NCBI RefSeq assembly: GCF_963506605.1
Contig: NC_083276.1
Location: forward strand, 81,592,001-81,656,000
Direction of reading: 5' to 3'
Origin: Zootoca vivipara
Taxonomy: Eukaryota
Length of the DNA stretch: 64,000 nucleotides
The notes under the pieces are model-generated. The model was not told the DNA's origin. It did no database searches and saw only the letters and a list, made by a program, of their open reading frames with translations. The position numbers were made by a program, and so were the translations under genes. Of this stretch, positions 50,571 to 64,000 are shown piece after piece (within the stretch, counting starts at the first letter, position 1; each line of letters opens with the position of its first letter).

Positions 50571-51002
50571 CACGGTCTAGGACCCTCGTACTTACGGGAC
50601 CGCCTCTCCCGGTATGCTCCACGAAGGACCTTAACGTCCATAAATAGTAACACCATAGAGGTCAGATTGGCCTCAACTAGAACCAGGGCCTTTTCAACAC
50701 TGGCTCCGACCTGGTGGAACGCTCTGTCTCATGAGACCAGGGACCTGCGGGACCTGATTTTTTCCCACAGGGCCTGTAAGACAGTGTTGTTCCGCCTGGC
50801 CTTTGGCCTGGAACCGACTTGACCCCCCTCCCCTACTTTCCCTTTTTCCTTCCATATGAGGCTGTATTTTAATTTTAATGTTGTATTTAATCGTGTTTTT
50901 AAGTTGTATCTTAATCAATTGTTTTCTTTTTAGTGTTAGCCGCCCTGAGCCTGGTCTTGGCTGGGGAGGGCGGGGTATAAATAAAATTTATTATTATTAT
51001 TA
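50571..51002 (+). mobile_element. L2-like LINE 3' end
   Basis: HGLGPSYLRDRLSRY...RAFSTLAPTWWNAL L2-type ORF2 C-terminus, gccgccctgag...gggcggggtataaat, (att)n tail. Confidence 0.8.
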
Positions 51003-51687
51003 GCTATGAATTCATTAGATGGTCTTAAAGCAAGTCAATATTCTGAGCTTCATTTACCAGTATGCACTATGATACCATTATTGTCCACCTTGCAGAGCTA
51101 TTGAAAGGATTATGGAGATAATGTGCATAAAATAGTTTCAACACTTGGGAACATGTACAATAAAACACATTTTGTGAAATAGCAACTTTCATCATTGTTA
51201 CATATATATAGCAGTTACCAGTTTTAAATGGTTATTGCTCTCTATTCAATGTACACAGCATGGAGCATGTAAGTTAAAACTGCTAAAAATGTTTACATAA
51301 ACAAGAAAGTGCCATTAGTAACATCTGATTTCCCAGACACTACTTGAGTATGTGTATGAGCTCTATGAGGTTTGGCATTTTGGACACACTATAATCAGCT
51401 GTAACCAAATTTGTCAACGTCCAGAACACAGCAAGAAAGAAAAACAAGTTTAGCTTGTTTGACTAGAAGATCCATATGCAGAAGAACATCCCACATAAAA
51501 CCTACAGTAAGGCTACAGGTTAAGGAGGGAAGGCACAACAAAAGTCTGCTTAGAACAAAGTTAGATAAACCTAAAATATTTGCCCACTAGATTCAAAACT
51601 TTAATGGAGCACAGCCAGAAGAGTATCAGAGCAAGCTCATATTTCTTTTTAATGAGGTAGACACAAAAGCTAGGAGTAGCCTTAAGT

Positions 51688-51997
51688 TAAAGGTAAAGGT
51701 AAAGGTAAAGGGACCCCTGACCGACTCTGGGGTTGCGGCGCTCTTCCAGGTCATGTGACCAGCATGACAAAGCTGCTTCTGGCAAACCAGAGCAGCACAT
51801 GGAAACGCCATATACCTTCCCAACGGAGCATTACCTATTTATCTACTTGCACTTTTTGCCGTGCTTTCGAACTGCTAGGTCGGCAGGAGCTGGGACTGAG
51901 CAACGAGAGCTCACCATGTTGTGGGGATTTGAACCGCCAACCTTCTGATTGGCAAGCCCTAGGCTCAGTGGTTTAACCCACAGCGCCACCCGCGTCT
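51688..51997 (-). mobile_element. Sauria SINE with internal deletions
   Basis: (aaaggt)3 tail; body homologous to 10699-11058 in reverse. Confidence 0.88.
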
Positions 51998-54900
51998 TAG
52001 GTTATCTGAATGTAAATGTAACTAAACTATAAAGTTTGATCAAGGATGATCAAAGTAGATGCATTAAGATCAATGAACTTAAATTGCTTTGGTCTACTGA
52101 TTTCAGTGGGTTTACTTGGCAAACACTGGATACCACCCAATAATGTTCCCAGCCCAATAGAGAAAGGAATTACACCTCCATTTGTATCTTAAGACAATTG
52201 AGTCAATCCATTTCAGATCAGTTGCCCCATAACATATTATTTTCATTTACACATTTGTGAAAGACTGCACTTTTTCATCCTTTTAACACATGGCTATGAA
52301 CAAATTAGGATTCTAATCTATGTTAGTACCAGTAAATACAAATCAAGAGCCTGGAGATAGGTGCTGCCAGTGAAAGAAAGGGATGTGGTTTTGTAAATGT
52401 GATGTCAAAATAAGCTCAGAAACTTCATTCTCTGAAACTTTTAAAGCTTTCAACTTAAAAAACCCAAACAAACATTATTTATACTGCTTTGGGCAACAAG
52501 GTTTTTGAAGTGGTTTGCAATAAACACCATAAAACTGATAAGGCTTAGATTAGGGCCTGGATGAAAGAAATATGTATATCAGGCTAAAAAAATTTAAATA
52601 GGCAGACAGATAACTGCAACTGGTTCTGTACATGACAGCCTTATTCCCTGTCTACATAGTGGTGCAAGAATAATTTAGAAATCTAAGGTTGTATTGGAGT
52701 CTTTAATTCTCTTATTATGCAAGCATGTAATTATAGGTGATGTTAGAATTGTAAATAGCAATTTTAAAAAACTGTCACACCGATTTTTTTTTTTGCAAAT
52801 ATAAATTGATGAGATTTAGAGGCTACCCTGAATAAGATATTGTAGTTCACCACAGGGATTGCACAGAACAGTCTGCACTGGTTCTCTCGCATAGCTTCCC
52901 ATGGGGGGGGTGTTGATGCTGCATGTCAGTCCTGGCCTGGCAACTGTCCTACTATATATTAGACACACTGGGTTTACATTTGCTCTAACCTGAGACATCT
53001 TTAGAATGAAAGGCAGGCAACTCCCTCACCTCGTCTTGTCTCAATCATAGGACATAACATGAAAAGTAAGGTGTGTAAGATATACCTGCCACAATGCATC
53101 TTTTAGCAGCACAGCCTCACCCAATTGTATTAGGGAGTACTCAAAAATTGCTCCTGACAACTAAGACTGGCAGACAGAAAACCTTGGCACACCTGCAACA
53201 CCATGTGGGATATGGGTGTGCCTATGCCCTCTTCATGGGCAACTGGCCTTTTCATACAGAATGGTAACTGCTCCATAATGCGGCACATGCCACCCACCAA
53301 GTAGCCAGGGCTGCTACTTTCATGGCTTTACTTGTTTGAGCACTACATAGAAATAAGTGGGATGTGCAACAAAATATTGTAGTTTGGAGAGCTCATGTTC
53401 AGCATGCCAGCCAGTAATGTATTATCCTAGGAAGGACACTTCATTCCACCTCTCATCACATCTAGTGGTGCAGTGTATGCTCAGCCCTGACTGAGAAGCG
53501 CAAATAAAAATCAATTTTAAAATTATAAACATTTAAATCAATATTTTATTTCATTTAAAAATATAAATGCCAAGTTTCTTTTCAGGAAAGTTTGGGATAT
53601 TAATCTGAAGAAATGGATATTAGCTCTACAGTTAGTCTCTTAACTATAGCAATGCCTCTACCTGATACATTGAGTTAAGTGACACTTTCCAATATAAATT
53701 AAAAATCAATTTGACAATTTCTAAGATTTCATTATTTACACTCACTAAACATTAGCTTTTCATTTTCACTTGAATGAAAATAGCCAACTCTACTCTGCCC
53801 ACTAATTATCTGGACATACTTTGATGTATCATTCATGGGTACCGGTAAGTGCAAGATCAATCCTTTGTTTCAAGAAAGAAACCATATAAATTCCATTTAG
53901 TTGTAAATTAGCATGATGTAATGGTCAAATATGCACCATCGGTTAGGAAATATATGAAGAGGAAATCAATAGAAAAAATGATTTAAATCTGCCTTTCCCC
54001 CTTTGCAAATATATGCCAATTTAGTCAAACTTAATTCAAGCACTAGAGCTAATCAGTTTGTCTATATAATCCCCCCTGACAATGACAGAACCTCATCCCG
54101 TCACTCCTAGGGGGACTTGCTATATTGCATTCAAAGTGCACGGCAGCAAGGCGTATTGCATGCTAGTCACTCCAGGTTGTGGGCAGCTGGATTACCCATT
54201 TTTGAATGCTAAACAACAGGAACAAAGAAGTGCTTCAGCCCTTCAACTATCTTGTACAGTAAAGTGATCTACAGGGCAGTGAATTCTGAAGTGGACCCAT
54301 AATCAGATGCAGGTCAGTATCTACCTGTATCAAATTAGAATTATAGAGTTGGAAGGGACCAAGGGTCATCTAGTCCAAGAATTTGCTGGTCCTTATTTTG
54401 ATCCTTAATATTTTTTATGTTTTGCAGATGTTTTTAAGCTGCTGCAACCTGCCCTGAACATTACGACTACAATGGAAGGGCAGAGGATATTTTTTTCTAT
54501 ATCCAATGTGCCAGTGTGCTATGCACCATCAGCATTTAGCAACTTGTTACTTCACACCCCATTAACCACTCTGGATAGCCACACAAACTACCCAAATAAC
54601 TGTGAACCCACCACTGTATTCACTTGGCCTCCTGCATATCCTATAGTAAGATGAAGGTTCTGTGAATGTGGTGGTGGGGAGTTAAGGAAGAGAATATCCA
54701 CCTTGAATCAGTATGTGGTACTGGGAGGTATCAGGAAAATTGAGAGCAACAGTGTGACTGTAACTTGTGCCTCCCTGGGCTTTTTTACTGCAGGGTGTGT
54801 GGCCATATTCAGTGATGGGAATGGGGGGTGGGTTTACCCTTGCATTACCCTTGCCAGGTATTTCACCTGGCCACAGTATCTATGTGCTGCTCAGAATAGG

Positions 54901-55138
54901 TGTTAATTACAACTCTGGAAATATTAGTAACACCACAAGTTAATATGCCACAGACACTATATATATATCTCACATGCAACTGTGTCTTAGGACAGAAGCC
55001 AGACCTATGTCATATAATTCCATTCCTTAGAGGGACAATGCAGATCAATTCTTCTAGCACAAGGTACTCATTCATATGACTAATCCACAAGCAAACACAC
55101 AGGCACAGTCTTGGAGGTTGGAAAATGTTAAGATGGTA

Positions 55139-55482
55139 AAGGGACCCCTGACCATTAGGTCCAGTTGTGACCAACTCTGGAGTTGCGATGCTCATCTTAC
55201 GTTATTGGCTGAGGGAGCTGGCATACAGCTTCCAGGTCATGTGGCCAGCATGATAAAGCCGCTTCAGGCGAACCAGAGCAGCACACAGAAATGCCGTTTA
55301 CCTTCCTGCTGTAGCGGTACCTATTTATCTACTGTACTTGCACTTTGACGTGCTTTCGAACTGCTAGGTTGGAAGGAGCTAGGATCGAGCAACGGGAGCT
55401 CACCCCGTCGTGGGGATTCGAACTGCCAACCTTCTGATCGGCAAGCCCTAGGCTCTGTGGTTTAACTCACAGCGCCACCCGC
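55139..55482 (-). mobile_element. Sauria SINE
   Basis: Near full length; 12-bp TSD gttaagatggta. Confidence 0.9.
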
Positions 55483-56944
55483 GTTAAGATGGTACCCACT
55501 GACAAAATTACTATACTGAAGAATCCTTTCCACAGAAAAGCCTGGGCTCAGGACCCAGCGGGCTTCCCCCTTGAAGACGCCAGTGTAATACCCTAATCTG
55601 CTTTGCTGCTGGGAGTTTAATCCCATAGATTTAGGGCAGCATCTGTCCTTCTTTCTCCAATCAGAGCAGCCTGAGATAAACAGATGGATTTAGGCAGCAG
55701 GAGCAAAGAGCAGGGAAGGGAAATGCAAGGCTACCTCTAAAAAAATGACATATGGAGTAAACCAATTGACAGAATGCTCAGAGCCCACTAAGGGTATCTA
55801 AGGGGCATATATTACATTAGCAGGGAAGGGTGAGGCATCCCTCCCAATATAGTCTTCCTCTCCTCCCCCTCATTATCAAAATATCTATAAGGCAAAGGCC
55901 AGTTCAACTCTTTTCATTTGTGGGTCAGTGAGAACACAGTCTTAATCTCCAATGCAGGCCAAAAAGAGGCTGAAGCAGCAGCTAAAAACCGACTCAACAA
56001 CCCCTGCCTACTGGCATCAGGCCTGTGAATCATTAATGGTGGGCTGGTAGCTAGAGGCAGGGAAGTACTGTCAGTGGATTCTGAACAGCAGAATTAGGCA
56101 ATGCAAACACACCAAAGCTGGGAAGACAATAATTTGCTATGTATCTAAAGAGAATACAAAACAAGTTGATATTTCCTATACGAGTTAAGGATAGAAACTT
56201 GAGCTTATTGGTGAATCAAAAGAACATGATATGGAGCCTTTTTGTTCCATGAGACTAGAGCAATGTTGTCCAGGTGTCACAGTGATAAACAGTGTCACAG
56301 CAAAAGGATAAATGAACACATTCAAAAAATTATATGTGTACACACCCCAAAGCTTACTAGCATTCAATATGTCTACAGAAACATTCTTACGGCCAGACAA
56401 AACCATGGGAATAATAAGTCTCTTGCAGAGTGAGATAGAAAGTGACAATGATGTTGCTGATTCTTGATTATTTTTAAAGATGTTATTATGTACTGCATAT
56501 ACATCATAGGCCAAGCATCAATTATATGTCGTTTACCTAGCATTCACATACTTATATTTTAATGATAAAGCCTTCTACTGTGGAAAAAATAAAGATAATG
56601 AGGTGAAACAAGTAAGAATGCTACTGACAAAATGAAAGGTGGTCAAGGTATTCAAAGTAGACAGGCAGGTGCTGGAGATTCCCCCCCTGTCAGAGGAGGT
56701 AATGTTTAAAGAACTCAGACAGGAACTCTCAAGTCCTATCCCAGTAGTTAACCCAAGTTATTTTATAACTTTCTCCCTACAGAAGAGATCTAGGTAAGAA
56801 ACCTTCCCAAACATCTAATGACACAGACATGCCCAGCCCATGTTTGCATTTTCCCTGCTACAACTGAAGGGATGAAGAGGTGACTCATTCACAGCTCCAT
56901 ATCCATTAGTGAACTGTTTTAGGCCTCCAAGCTATACACTAGTG

Positions 56945-57192
56945 CAGGGGTGGCCAACTCCCAATAGACTGCGATCTACTCACAGAGTTAAAAGCTGGCA
57001 GTAGTTCAGGTCAAAGTTATTGAGCTTTTTCTAGGGAGGGGGAAAGCCATGCTTTTTGGGGTGCAGGGCAAAAATGTTGGCCTATTTCTAGGGGAGCCAA
57101 ACTTGTTGAGCTTCTTTGGGGGGAGCCAGTGATCTACCACAGATGTCCAGTGATCTCCCAGTAGATCACGATCTACCTGTTGGACGTGCCTG
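56945..57192. mobile_element. hAT non-autonomous element
   Basis: caggggtggccaac...gttggacgtgcctg termini; perfect 8-bp TSD cactagtg. Confidence 0.85.
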
Positions 57193-58269
57193 CACTAGTG
57201 AAGTTCTAAGTTTCATTTGGCTGTTGCAGAAACAGCTAATAGTGCAAAAGGAGAATAGAATATAGCCCGTACTCTGAAGAAGTTGGATATTCACACGGTG
57301 TTCCTGATCATGCCAGTCATAATTACTGCATTTCTGCTAAATTACTGTTTGAGTCCAACTTTCTAATAACTTCTTATATGTAGGCAAACCTCCAACATTC
57401 AACTTCTTAGAAATTCCTTACGGGTGATACAAAAAGCTATTATGTCTTAGACAAATGAAAAAGTTACTCAACCAGCTTAGAAACTTCAAAATGATTGTTT
57501 TAGATGCAAAATAAAATAAAATAAAATAAAATATGAAAAGTATTCTGCTAGAGAAGAGTCAGTAGTTGTGCTTGCACTAATAAATGAGGAAATGTAGTTA
57601 GGAAGCCCTGGAAGTGAAATTTAGGTTGTGAGGTAGGATAATGAGAACCAGGACTTTCAAGATAGCTTTCTCTGAAATCCTACCGATTTCACACACAGAG
57701 TCAGCTAGACAGGCACAGCTTTGCAGTATCAATGAGTGGATGAGATGGTGGTGTCAGGAGGAACGATTTGGATTTTTTAGGCACTAGGGAATGTTTTAGG
57801 TCTAGGACAAGCTGAGCCTATACAAAAGGGTCAAGCTCCACTTGAAAAAGGATGGAACCTGACTGCTGATGCTTAAAATAATAAAATGTGTCAGAGCAGT
57901 TTTTAAACCGATTGCAGGGGGTGAAGCCAATGGAAGCAAATCTTCCCACCAAGGACTAAGGCTTAAGGGGTATGATTGTTTAAATGGGTACTGGCAGTGC
58001 AGAGGCACATGACAGAAGTTCAGAAAGACCCAAGCACCATAGACTAAAATGAAAAAAAGACAAAGACAGTCACTTAATGCTATGTTAGAAACAACTGAGT
58101 AAGTGTCCCATTAGTGCAAGGATTTCTGCTTGTGCGTTGGGACTTTCTTCCCCTTTCCTCTCATCCTGTGCCCTCTTAATCTGTTCTAGGGATTCCCCCA
58201 ACCCTCTGAATAATATTTGAGGACAGCAAAGAGAGTCATTTACTGAAAAGTAGGGTGGATACAACCAAC

Positions 58270-59470
58270 AAAATTTAAGTGTTTATATGCTAGAAGACTT
58301 TTGAGTCAAGATGGATGAGCTGGACTACTTGGATTTTGAGGACAATACAGATATAGTAGGTGTTATGTCTGGAGCTTTAATCCTAGAATTATAGGCAGGT
58401 AGGATTTTAGATTGTAGTAATCTGATTGGCCGTTGGAACCATCCAATCCGGCTCCAGAAGGGAAGTTTAAACCAGCCTATCAGGTGTGACCTAGGGTGTG
58501 AATAAAGGATACCGGTATATAGCCTGGAGTCTGGGAGGGGCAAGCAGGCAAGCACAGAGAGAGACACACCCGATAGGCTAGTTCAAACTTCACTTCTAAA
58601 ATTTTACATTCTAAAATCCTACCTGCCTATTATTCTAGGATTAAAGCTCCAGACATAACAGTAGGCATAACAGAAACCTGGTGGAGTGGACAGAACCAAT
58701 GACGCACAGTTATCCCTAGATACAAACCCTATAGGAAGGACAGGATGGGACCTACTGAGGTGGTGTCACTCTGTACGCCAAAGAGTACATAAAGTCCAAT
58801 AAGCTGGAAATCCCCAAAGGCACAGATTCTTCCTTAAAGTTGTTGTGGGTAGTGATATTGAGCCTCAAAAAGTAATTTAGTACTAGAGAAATGCTGTTGC
58901 TCCCCCTGACCAAAATGCTCAGTGATCTTGAAAAGGAGAATGAGAAATCAATGGAGAATTAAATCAAGGAGGCATCTAAAAGAGGAAATGCTGCATTAAT
59001 AGGTGACTACCATTATCCTCACATGGACTAGGTGCATATTTGTTTCTAGATACTCAAAATGACTCTGCCTTAGAACAACAGGTAATGGAACTGAACAGAT
59101 GAGTGATGACCCTGGGGACTTAATCTTGAGTGGCCCCCAGGACCTGGTGCAAGTGTAGTTGAATCATTTGGGAACTGTGGTCATAATGCTATCAAATACA
59201 ATGTATATATAAACAGACAACTGCAAAAAAGCAAAGCAAAGCAAAGCAAAACAAAACCCCTGAACCCAGTCACATTTGACTTCAAAAAGAGGAAACTTCC
59301 CAAAAAAGGAAGTTAAAAAAGTAAGTTGAAAGGCAAAGTCAAGGAGGTCATATCTACCCAAAATGTTTAAATGTTGTTTTAAACTATAAATTAGAAGTTC
59401 AGCTAGAATGTATTCTAGAGATCAAGAAAGGTACACCAGGGCCAAGAGAATGCCTGCATGGTTAATAAGC
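58270..59470 (+). mobile_element. Degraded CR1 LINE ORF2 (endonuclease region), split by an insertion
   Basis: KCLYA...KMDEL...DIVG | ITETWW...YRKDR...GVTLY...GD motifs of the APE endonuclease with frameshifts and stops. Confidence 0.75.
58361..58660. mobile_element. 300-bp TG...CA element with 51-bp TIRs (solo LTR or Ginger-like MITE)
   Basis: TIRs 50/51 identical; 5-bp TSD gtagg; internal CCAAT and TATA-like motifs. Confidence 0.8.
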
Positions 59471-60377
59471 TTGAATGTGACAATCAATCTCTGTACTGTA
59501 TATTTTGCTAATGGTTAATGTTACAAGGTAAGATATTTTGAAGACAGCAAAATATGCCTACTAGAAAAACAAGGTTTTTTCATGCTGTTACTCTGCAAAA
59601 AGAGCAATCGGCATTTACAATACTATACACTCACTGTGCAGATTCTCAGGGCCATATCCCAAACTAAAGTTTGTACAATCATAGTTGTTGGAGGGTTCAT
59701 GCAACTGCTTACCAAATAATCATGAAAAACAACTTCAAGTACTCTTGAATGTACACACCCCCAAGATCTGTTGAATCATGTTTTTCACTGTAGATAACAG
59801 GCTTCTTGGAAGCTCAGCTATTATTGCCTGCCAAATATACTGAGTCACATCTTCAGACTTAGAAGGCTCTCTTTTAATCAACAGCTGGAACTGGACTGAG
59901 ATATTTGCTCCAATTCTTTTAGCCAAAATGAAGCTTTAAAGCACACATTCAAGAATCTTGCATCTAGCAACCTGCAAGGTTAAGCATGTCTGCTACAAGC
60001 AGCAAATAAATTAGTGAAAGAAAGCTAAATTATATGTGTGTACTGCAGAGCTCAGCTAAATGAACACTATAGCAGCCAAACAATAGTTCCGCCTTCTTCA
60101 CAGGATAGCAGAATTGCATCATATTGTGAATGGGAAACCATGTAGCACCAAGGACCACTGCTGACATGCCGGCTCATACTAATCATCATCAATGTATTAA
60201 TTACTGTTTTGTTTGTTTGTTTTTTAGTGTTCAAAAACCCACAGGTGTCAGGCACATTTTGTGACTGTCGCAGGTCAAACTGTGACCATGTGGAGATCTC
60301 TGAATGCCAGGTTGGTGACTAATATCTCCATCTGTCTGGACCCTCCAGCTTTCTTAAGCAGGTAAGCAGAATAACTT

Positions 60378-60585
60378 ATTTATTGCATTTACATCCCATC
60401 CTTTTCTCCAAGGAGTACATGGTTCACCCTCCTCCTCAGTTAATCCCTACAACAACATTGTAAAGTAGGTTAAACAAAGAGGCTGTGACTGGTCCAAGGT
60501 CATCCAGTGAACTTCATGACTGAGTGGGAATCTGAACCCTGATCTCCCAGGTCCTAGTCTGACACTAACCACTACACCACACTGA
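60378..60585 (-). mobile_element. Old MIR-like SINE
   Basis: ccaaggtcatccagtg...tgaaccctgatctccc...taaccactacacc. Confidence 0.5.
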
Positions 60586-60646
60586 CTTCCTAGAGCACTT
60601 CTGCTATGGGGCAGCTATAAAAATTAAATGAGTATACTGTATAAAT

Positions 60647-60946
60647 GGGACACGGGTGGCACTGTGGTCTAAACCAGAGCCTAGGGCTTGCTAATCAGCT
60701 CCCATTGTTTGGGCCCACCTCACAGTTTGAAAGCACGTCAAAGTGCAAGTAGATAAGGTAAAAGTGCAAGCGGGAAGGTAAATGGTGTTTCCATGTGCTG
60801 CTCTGGTTCGCCAGAAGCGGCTTAGTTATGCTGGCCACAAGACCCGGAAGCTGTACGCCGGCTCCCATGGCCAGTAAAGCGAGATGAGCGCCGCAACCCC
60901 AAAGTCGTCTGCGACTGGACCTAACGGTCAGGGGTCCCTTTACCAT
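60647..60946 (+). mobile_element. Sauria SINE (internally deleted)
   Basis: Head gggacacgggtggcactgtggtctaaacc; 12-bp TSD tactgtataaat. Confidence 0.88.
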
Positions 60947-62196
60947 TACTGTATAAATATGGGGAAAACAAAATGTTACTTACAGAAGGATCGGAAATAT
61001 TTTCCATGAGGCTTGAATTTGTCTTATTCAGAATAGCTTTACTCAATGTTTTAATGTGCTGTAAACCCCTTTGACTTTGAGCTTTTTTCTTTAAAATATA
61101 AAGCAGTATAGAAATAATAGTTATTATTTGTATTATTATTTCTTCAAACACACACCCATGACATCTTGGTTGGAATAAGTACAGAATCAGCTTCAGTCAA
61201 TCAAATGAGAAATTAAATGATGAAGATGCAGGAGTTATCTTTACACTTCAGTAACACCCTGCATCACTTTTGAAAGAAACTATTATACTCGTACCCCTAT
61301 TCCTACAACAATGTGAAAATGCTACATGCCCATCTCAGATGCATGTTGGGAAGTATTTTTAAAAGTATGCTTCAGACACTACATGTTAACAAGTCTTTAA
61401 ACATCAGGAGTACAGCTATGGTGCTTGTGTAACTTTCAATTATGAGGCAGAAGCATCCCTCAGAAATAGAGGTGATGTTCAGAAATGCCATGGAGCATGG
61501 AGAGAATGACATTAAATTCCTACCCCAAATGACACTGAATAAAACTTGAATGTCAGGAGGGCTTCAATCCTTCTTGAAGAGAAGGATAATTATGATTCAG
61601 TTTTAAAATGTTATAAAGCAGGCCAACTTCAACTGCCCTAGAATTAACTGACTGAATTTTCATTCTGAACAAGCCACTCAAGTGTTCAAGTGATCACAGA
61701 AAAGGCTGTGCTTCATGTTTACATCCTATGCTTCAGACTAGAAATACATTATTCTCTTCACTTATTGGGATGCTACATTTCTTACTATACAGAGCATTTC
61801 ACACCCTGTTGAATACATATTAGACAGAAGTAGTATTTGGAATATGTATACATATTTCCAGCTTACAAAATGTAGGAACATCCAGTAAATACAATTGTAG
61901 TTCTCTGCAGAATGCTTCTATAGTACCCTATACCGTACTCATGGTGGGGAAAAAGTTTAACTACTACTTTTTATGAGTACCTTCTGTGGATCTGAAAATA
62001 CATACCTGTTACAACCAGCCCCATAAATTCCATCAAAAATTGCTTTCTTGTTACTAAGTTCACTGATTATGTATTAAATAAGAGGAGTAACTCAAAGGAT
62101 TCCACTGATGGAATTCAAGCACATCACATGGAAGTGATTCATACATTTCAGACAAGGGCTGCTAACAGTTGTGGTATATCACCAATGTTACGAGCT

Positions 62197-62342
62197 GCTG
62201 AGATAGCTCTGCCGGTAGAACATGAGTCTCTTAATCCCAGGGTTGTGGGTTTGAACCCCATGCTGGGCAAAAGATTTCTGCATTGCAGGGAGTTGGACTA
62301 GATAACTCATGTGGTCCCAACTTCACAATTCTGTGATTCTAA
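62197..62342 (+). mobile_element. tRNA-Lys(CTT)-derived SINE with CR1-type tail
   Basis: Head resembles tRNA-Lys-CTT (tagctctgccggtagaacatgagtctcttaatcccagggttgtgggtttgaacccc); tail gttggactagat...ggtcccaac...attctgtgattcta is CR1-like. Confidence 0.75.
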
Positions 62343-63775
62343 GATAGCCTCCTCAAGCATTATTTGTTATACCACCCGGTGAAGAAGTAGTATATTTACG
62401 GTATTTATCCAGAGGCAATGTGCTAGCAAACTTAAACTTTCTGCTATGCAGCACTTTAAACAATCCTATTTTGTATGAGCAAAGATTTCTGTGCACAAAT
62501 CACTCTTTTCGCCCTTTACATTACTAAGTTCAACTTGACTTCACAAAAAGCCATAATGGAAAGCTTTATCAGTGTGTGTGTGTGTGTAAATGTTTTAAAA
62601 AGTATTTAAATCATAAATTGCATAAAATTATTCCTTCAAGTGTGCACAATTTAGCCATTTTTTCCATACACATCACTGCAATTATTTAACATAAAGACCA
62701 ATAACAACCTCAATGGTAAACCAGGATAACAGCTCATGAGACAATCCCACCTGTGGCTTATTTTCCTGCCTAAGTATCCAAAGTCCTTGTATGACAAGCA
62801 TACATTGCCCAATATGTTTTTCACTGAAGCCACATCAATAAACATCAAAATAAGGAAACCCCAATCACCATGTGTTCAACAGAAACTGATGTTTTTGTTG
62901 TATGCCATTCACAATCTCAGATTGCCTATTGCAATTCTTTTTTAGAAATATCAGTGAACATTTTTCACAGCAACAGATTCTGAAACACAACTGACAACTT
63001 TGAAGGTAAGGAGGCTTTCGGTTTTTATAATTAATTGTAATTGATTTTACCCACTGTAGAATTTTTATATACACCATTTAGACTTTGGTAATTAAGCAGC
63101 ATATAAATATGTTAAATAAAATAAACAACAACCAGACAAGTTATTTAGGCTGTTTTAATGGTCTCATAGCCTTCAATTAAGTTATGTTTAACAGATATTA
63201 CTCTATACAGTCAACATATCTGATTATTTTGACTACAAATAGGCCTCCCAATGCTGAACAAGCTTTCCCTTTTTATCTGACAGACAAACAGCAGAAATTA
63301 CCCTATCCACCATGGCAAAAGACATCACTCCTCTGCATTGCAGGTATAATTGTGAACCCAAATATATACAGTAACCTCAGTGCTTGTGCCCAAACTAAGC
63401 TCTCCTGCTTTCCTGCACAATGAAACATTATTTTATCTACTAGATATGCATTTTAATCCGGGTTCCACTTACATTTCTTTCCGATAGGTCCCTAAATTAA
63501 AGGAACGGCACTCATCCACCACAGGAAAACTGAAGTGAAACCTTGGCCATTGCAAGTGAGCAAGATGTGGTGGCCTGGTTTGCACAAACAAATCCTGCTT
63601 TAGTAAGACAGGATATGCCCGAGCATTATACACTCACATGTTGGTTCTTTGCTAACTGAAAACTATGGCTTCTCTGGCAGTCCTCTTCCAGAGTCTAAAG
63701 CCAACTTCACTTCACACATAATGGGAAACTATGCTTAACTTTGGCTTCCTGGTTTGTTTCCACACACCTATATTG

Positions 63776-64000
63776 TACCCTGTTTCTCCTAAAATAAGAC
63801 ATACCCATAAAATAAGCCATAGCAGGATTTCTAAGCATTTGCGCAATATAAGCCATACCACGAAAATAAGACATAGTGATAGGCGCAATTCTGGAGGGCC
63901 CCAAGGAAGAGGCGAGGCTGGACGCATAATAAAAAAATAAGACATCCCCTGAAAATAAGCCACTGTGGGGTTTTTTAAGGAAAAATAAATATAAGACGGT
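63776..64000. mobile_element. Tc1/pogo-type MITE, truncated by window end
   Basis: ta|ccctgtttctcctaaaataagac terminus and repeated aaaataagac/aaaataagcc subterminal motifs. Confidence 0.65.

Noticed and set aside
62197-62269. tRNA-Lys(CTT) gene
   Set aside because: Multiple stem and B-box mutations and fused to a CR1-type tail, so a SINE head rather than a functional tRNA
49501-64000. ZDHHC5 first coding exon or a nested gene
   Set aside because: No matching N-terminal exon or credible ORF found by eye; the region reads as repeat-rich intron

Overview
Vertebrate (squamate reptile, probably a lacertid lizard judging by Sauria-SINE and BovB content) genomic DNA with a compact gene cluster in the order known from human 11q12, reversed. 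In order: BTBD18 (+, 2 coding exons, 713 aa); SELENOH (-, 3 coding exons, 131 aa, in-frame TGA=Sec in CxxU, SECIS in a separate 3' UTR exon); TMX2 (-, 8 exons, 295 aa); MED19 (+, 5 exons, about 236 aa, head-to-head with TMX2 on a CCAAT-rich bidirectional promoter); and ZDHHC5 (-, 10 coding exons seen, first coding exon not found and probably beyond the window end). All exon chains were assembled by hand with GT-AG boundaries and consistent phases. Signals the ORF track misses: the complete selenocysteine recoding apparatus (UGA, a hairpin just downstream of it, and a type II SECIS), a U12-type intron in ZDHHC5, and many young or nested transposons with intact target-site duplications. I found no convincing new protein-coding system; the novel leads are structural or motif-level hypotheses.
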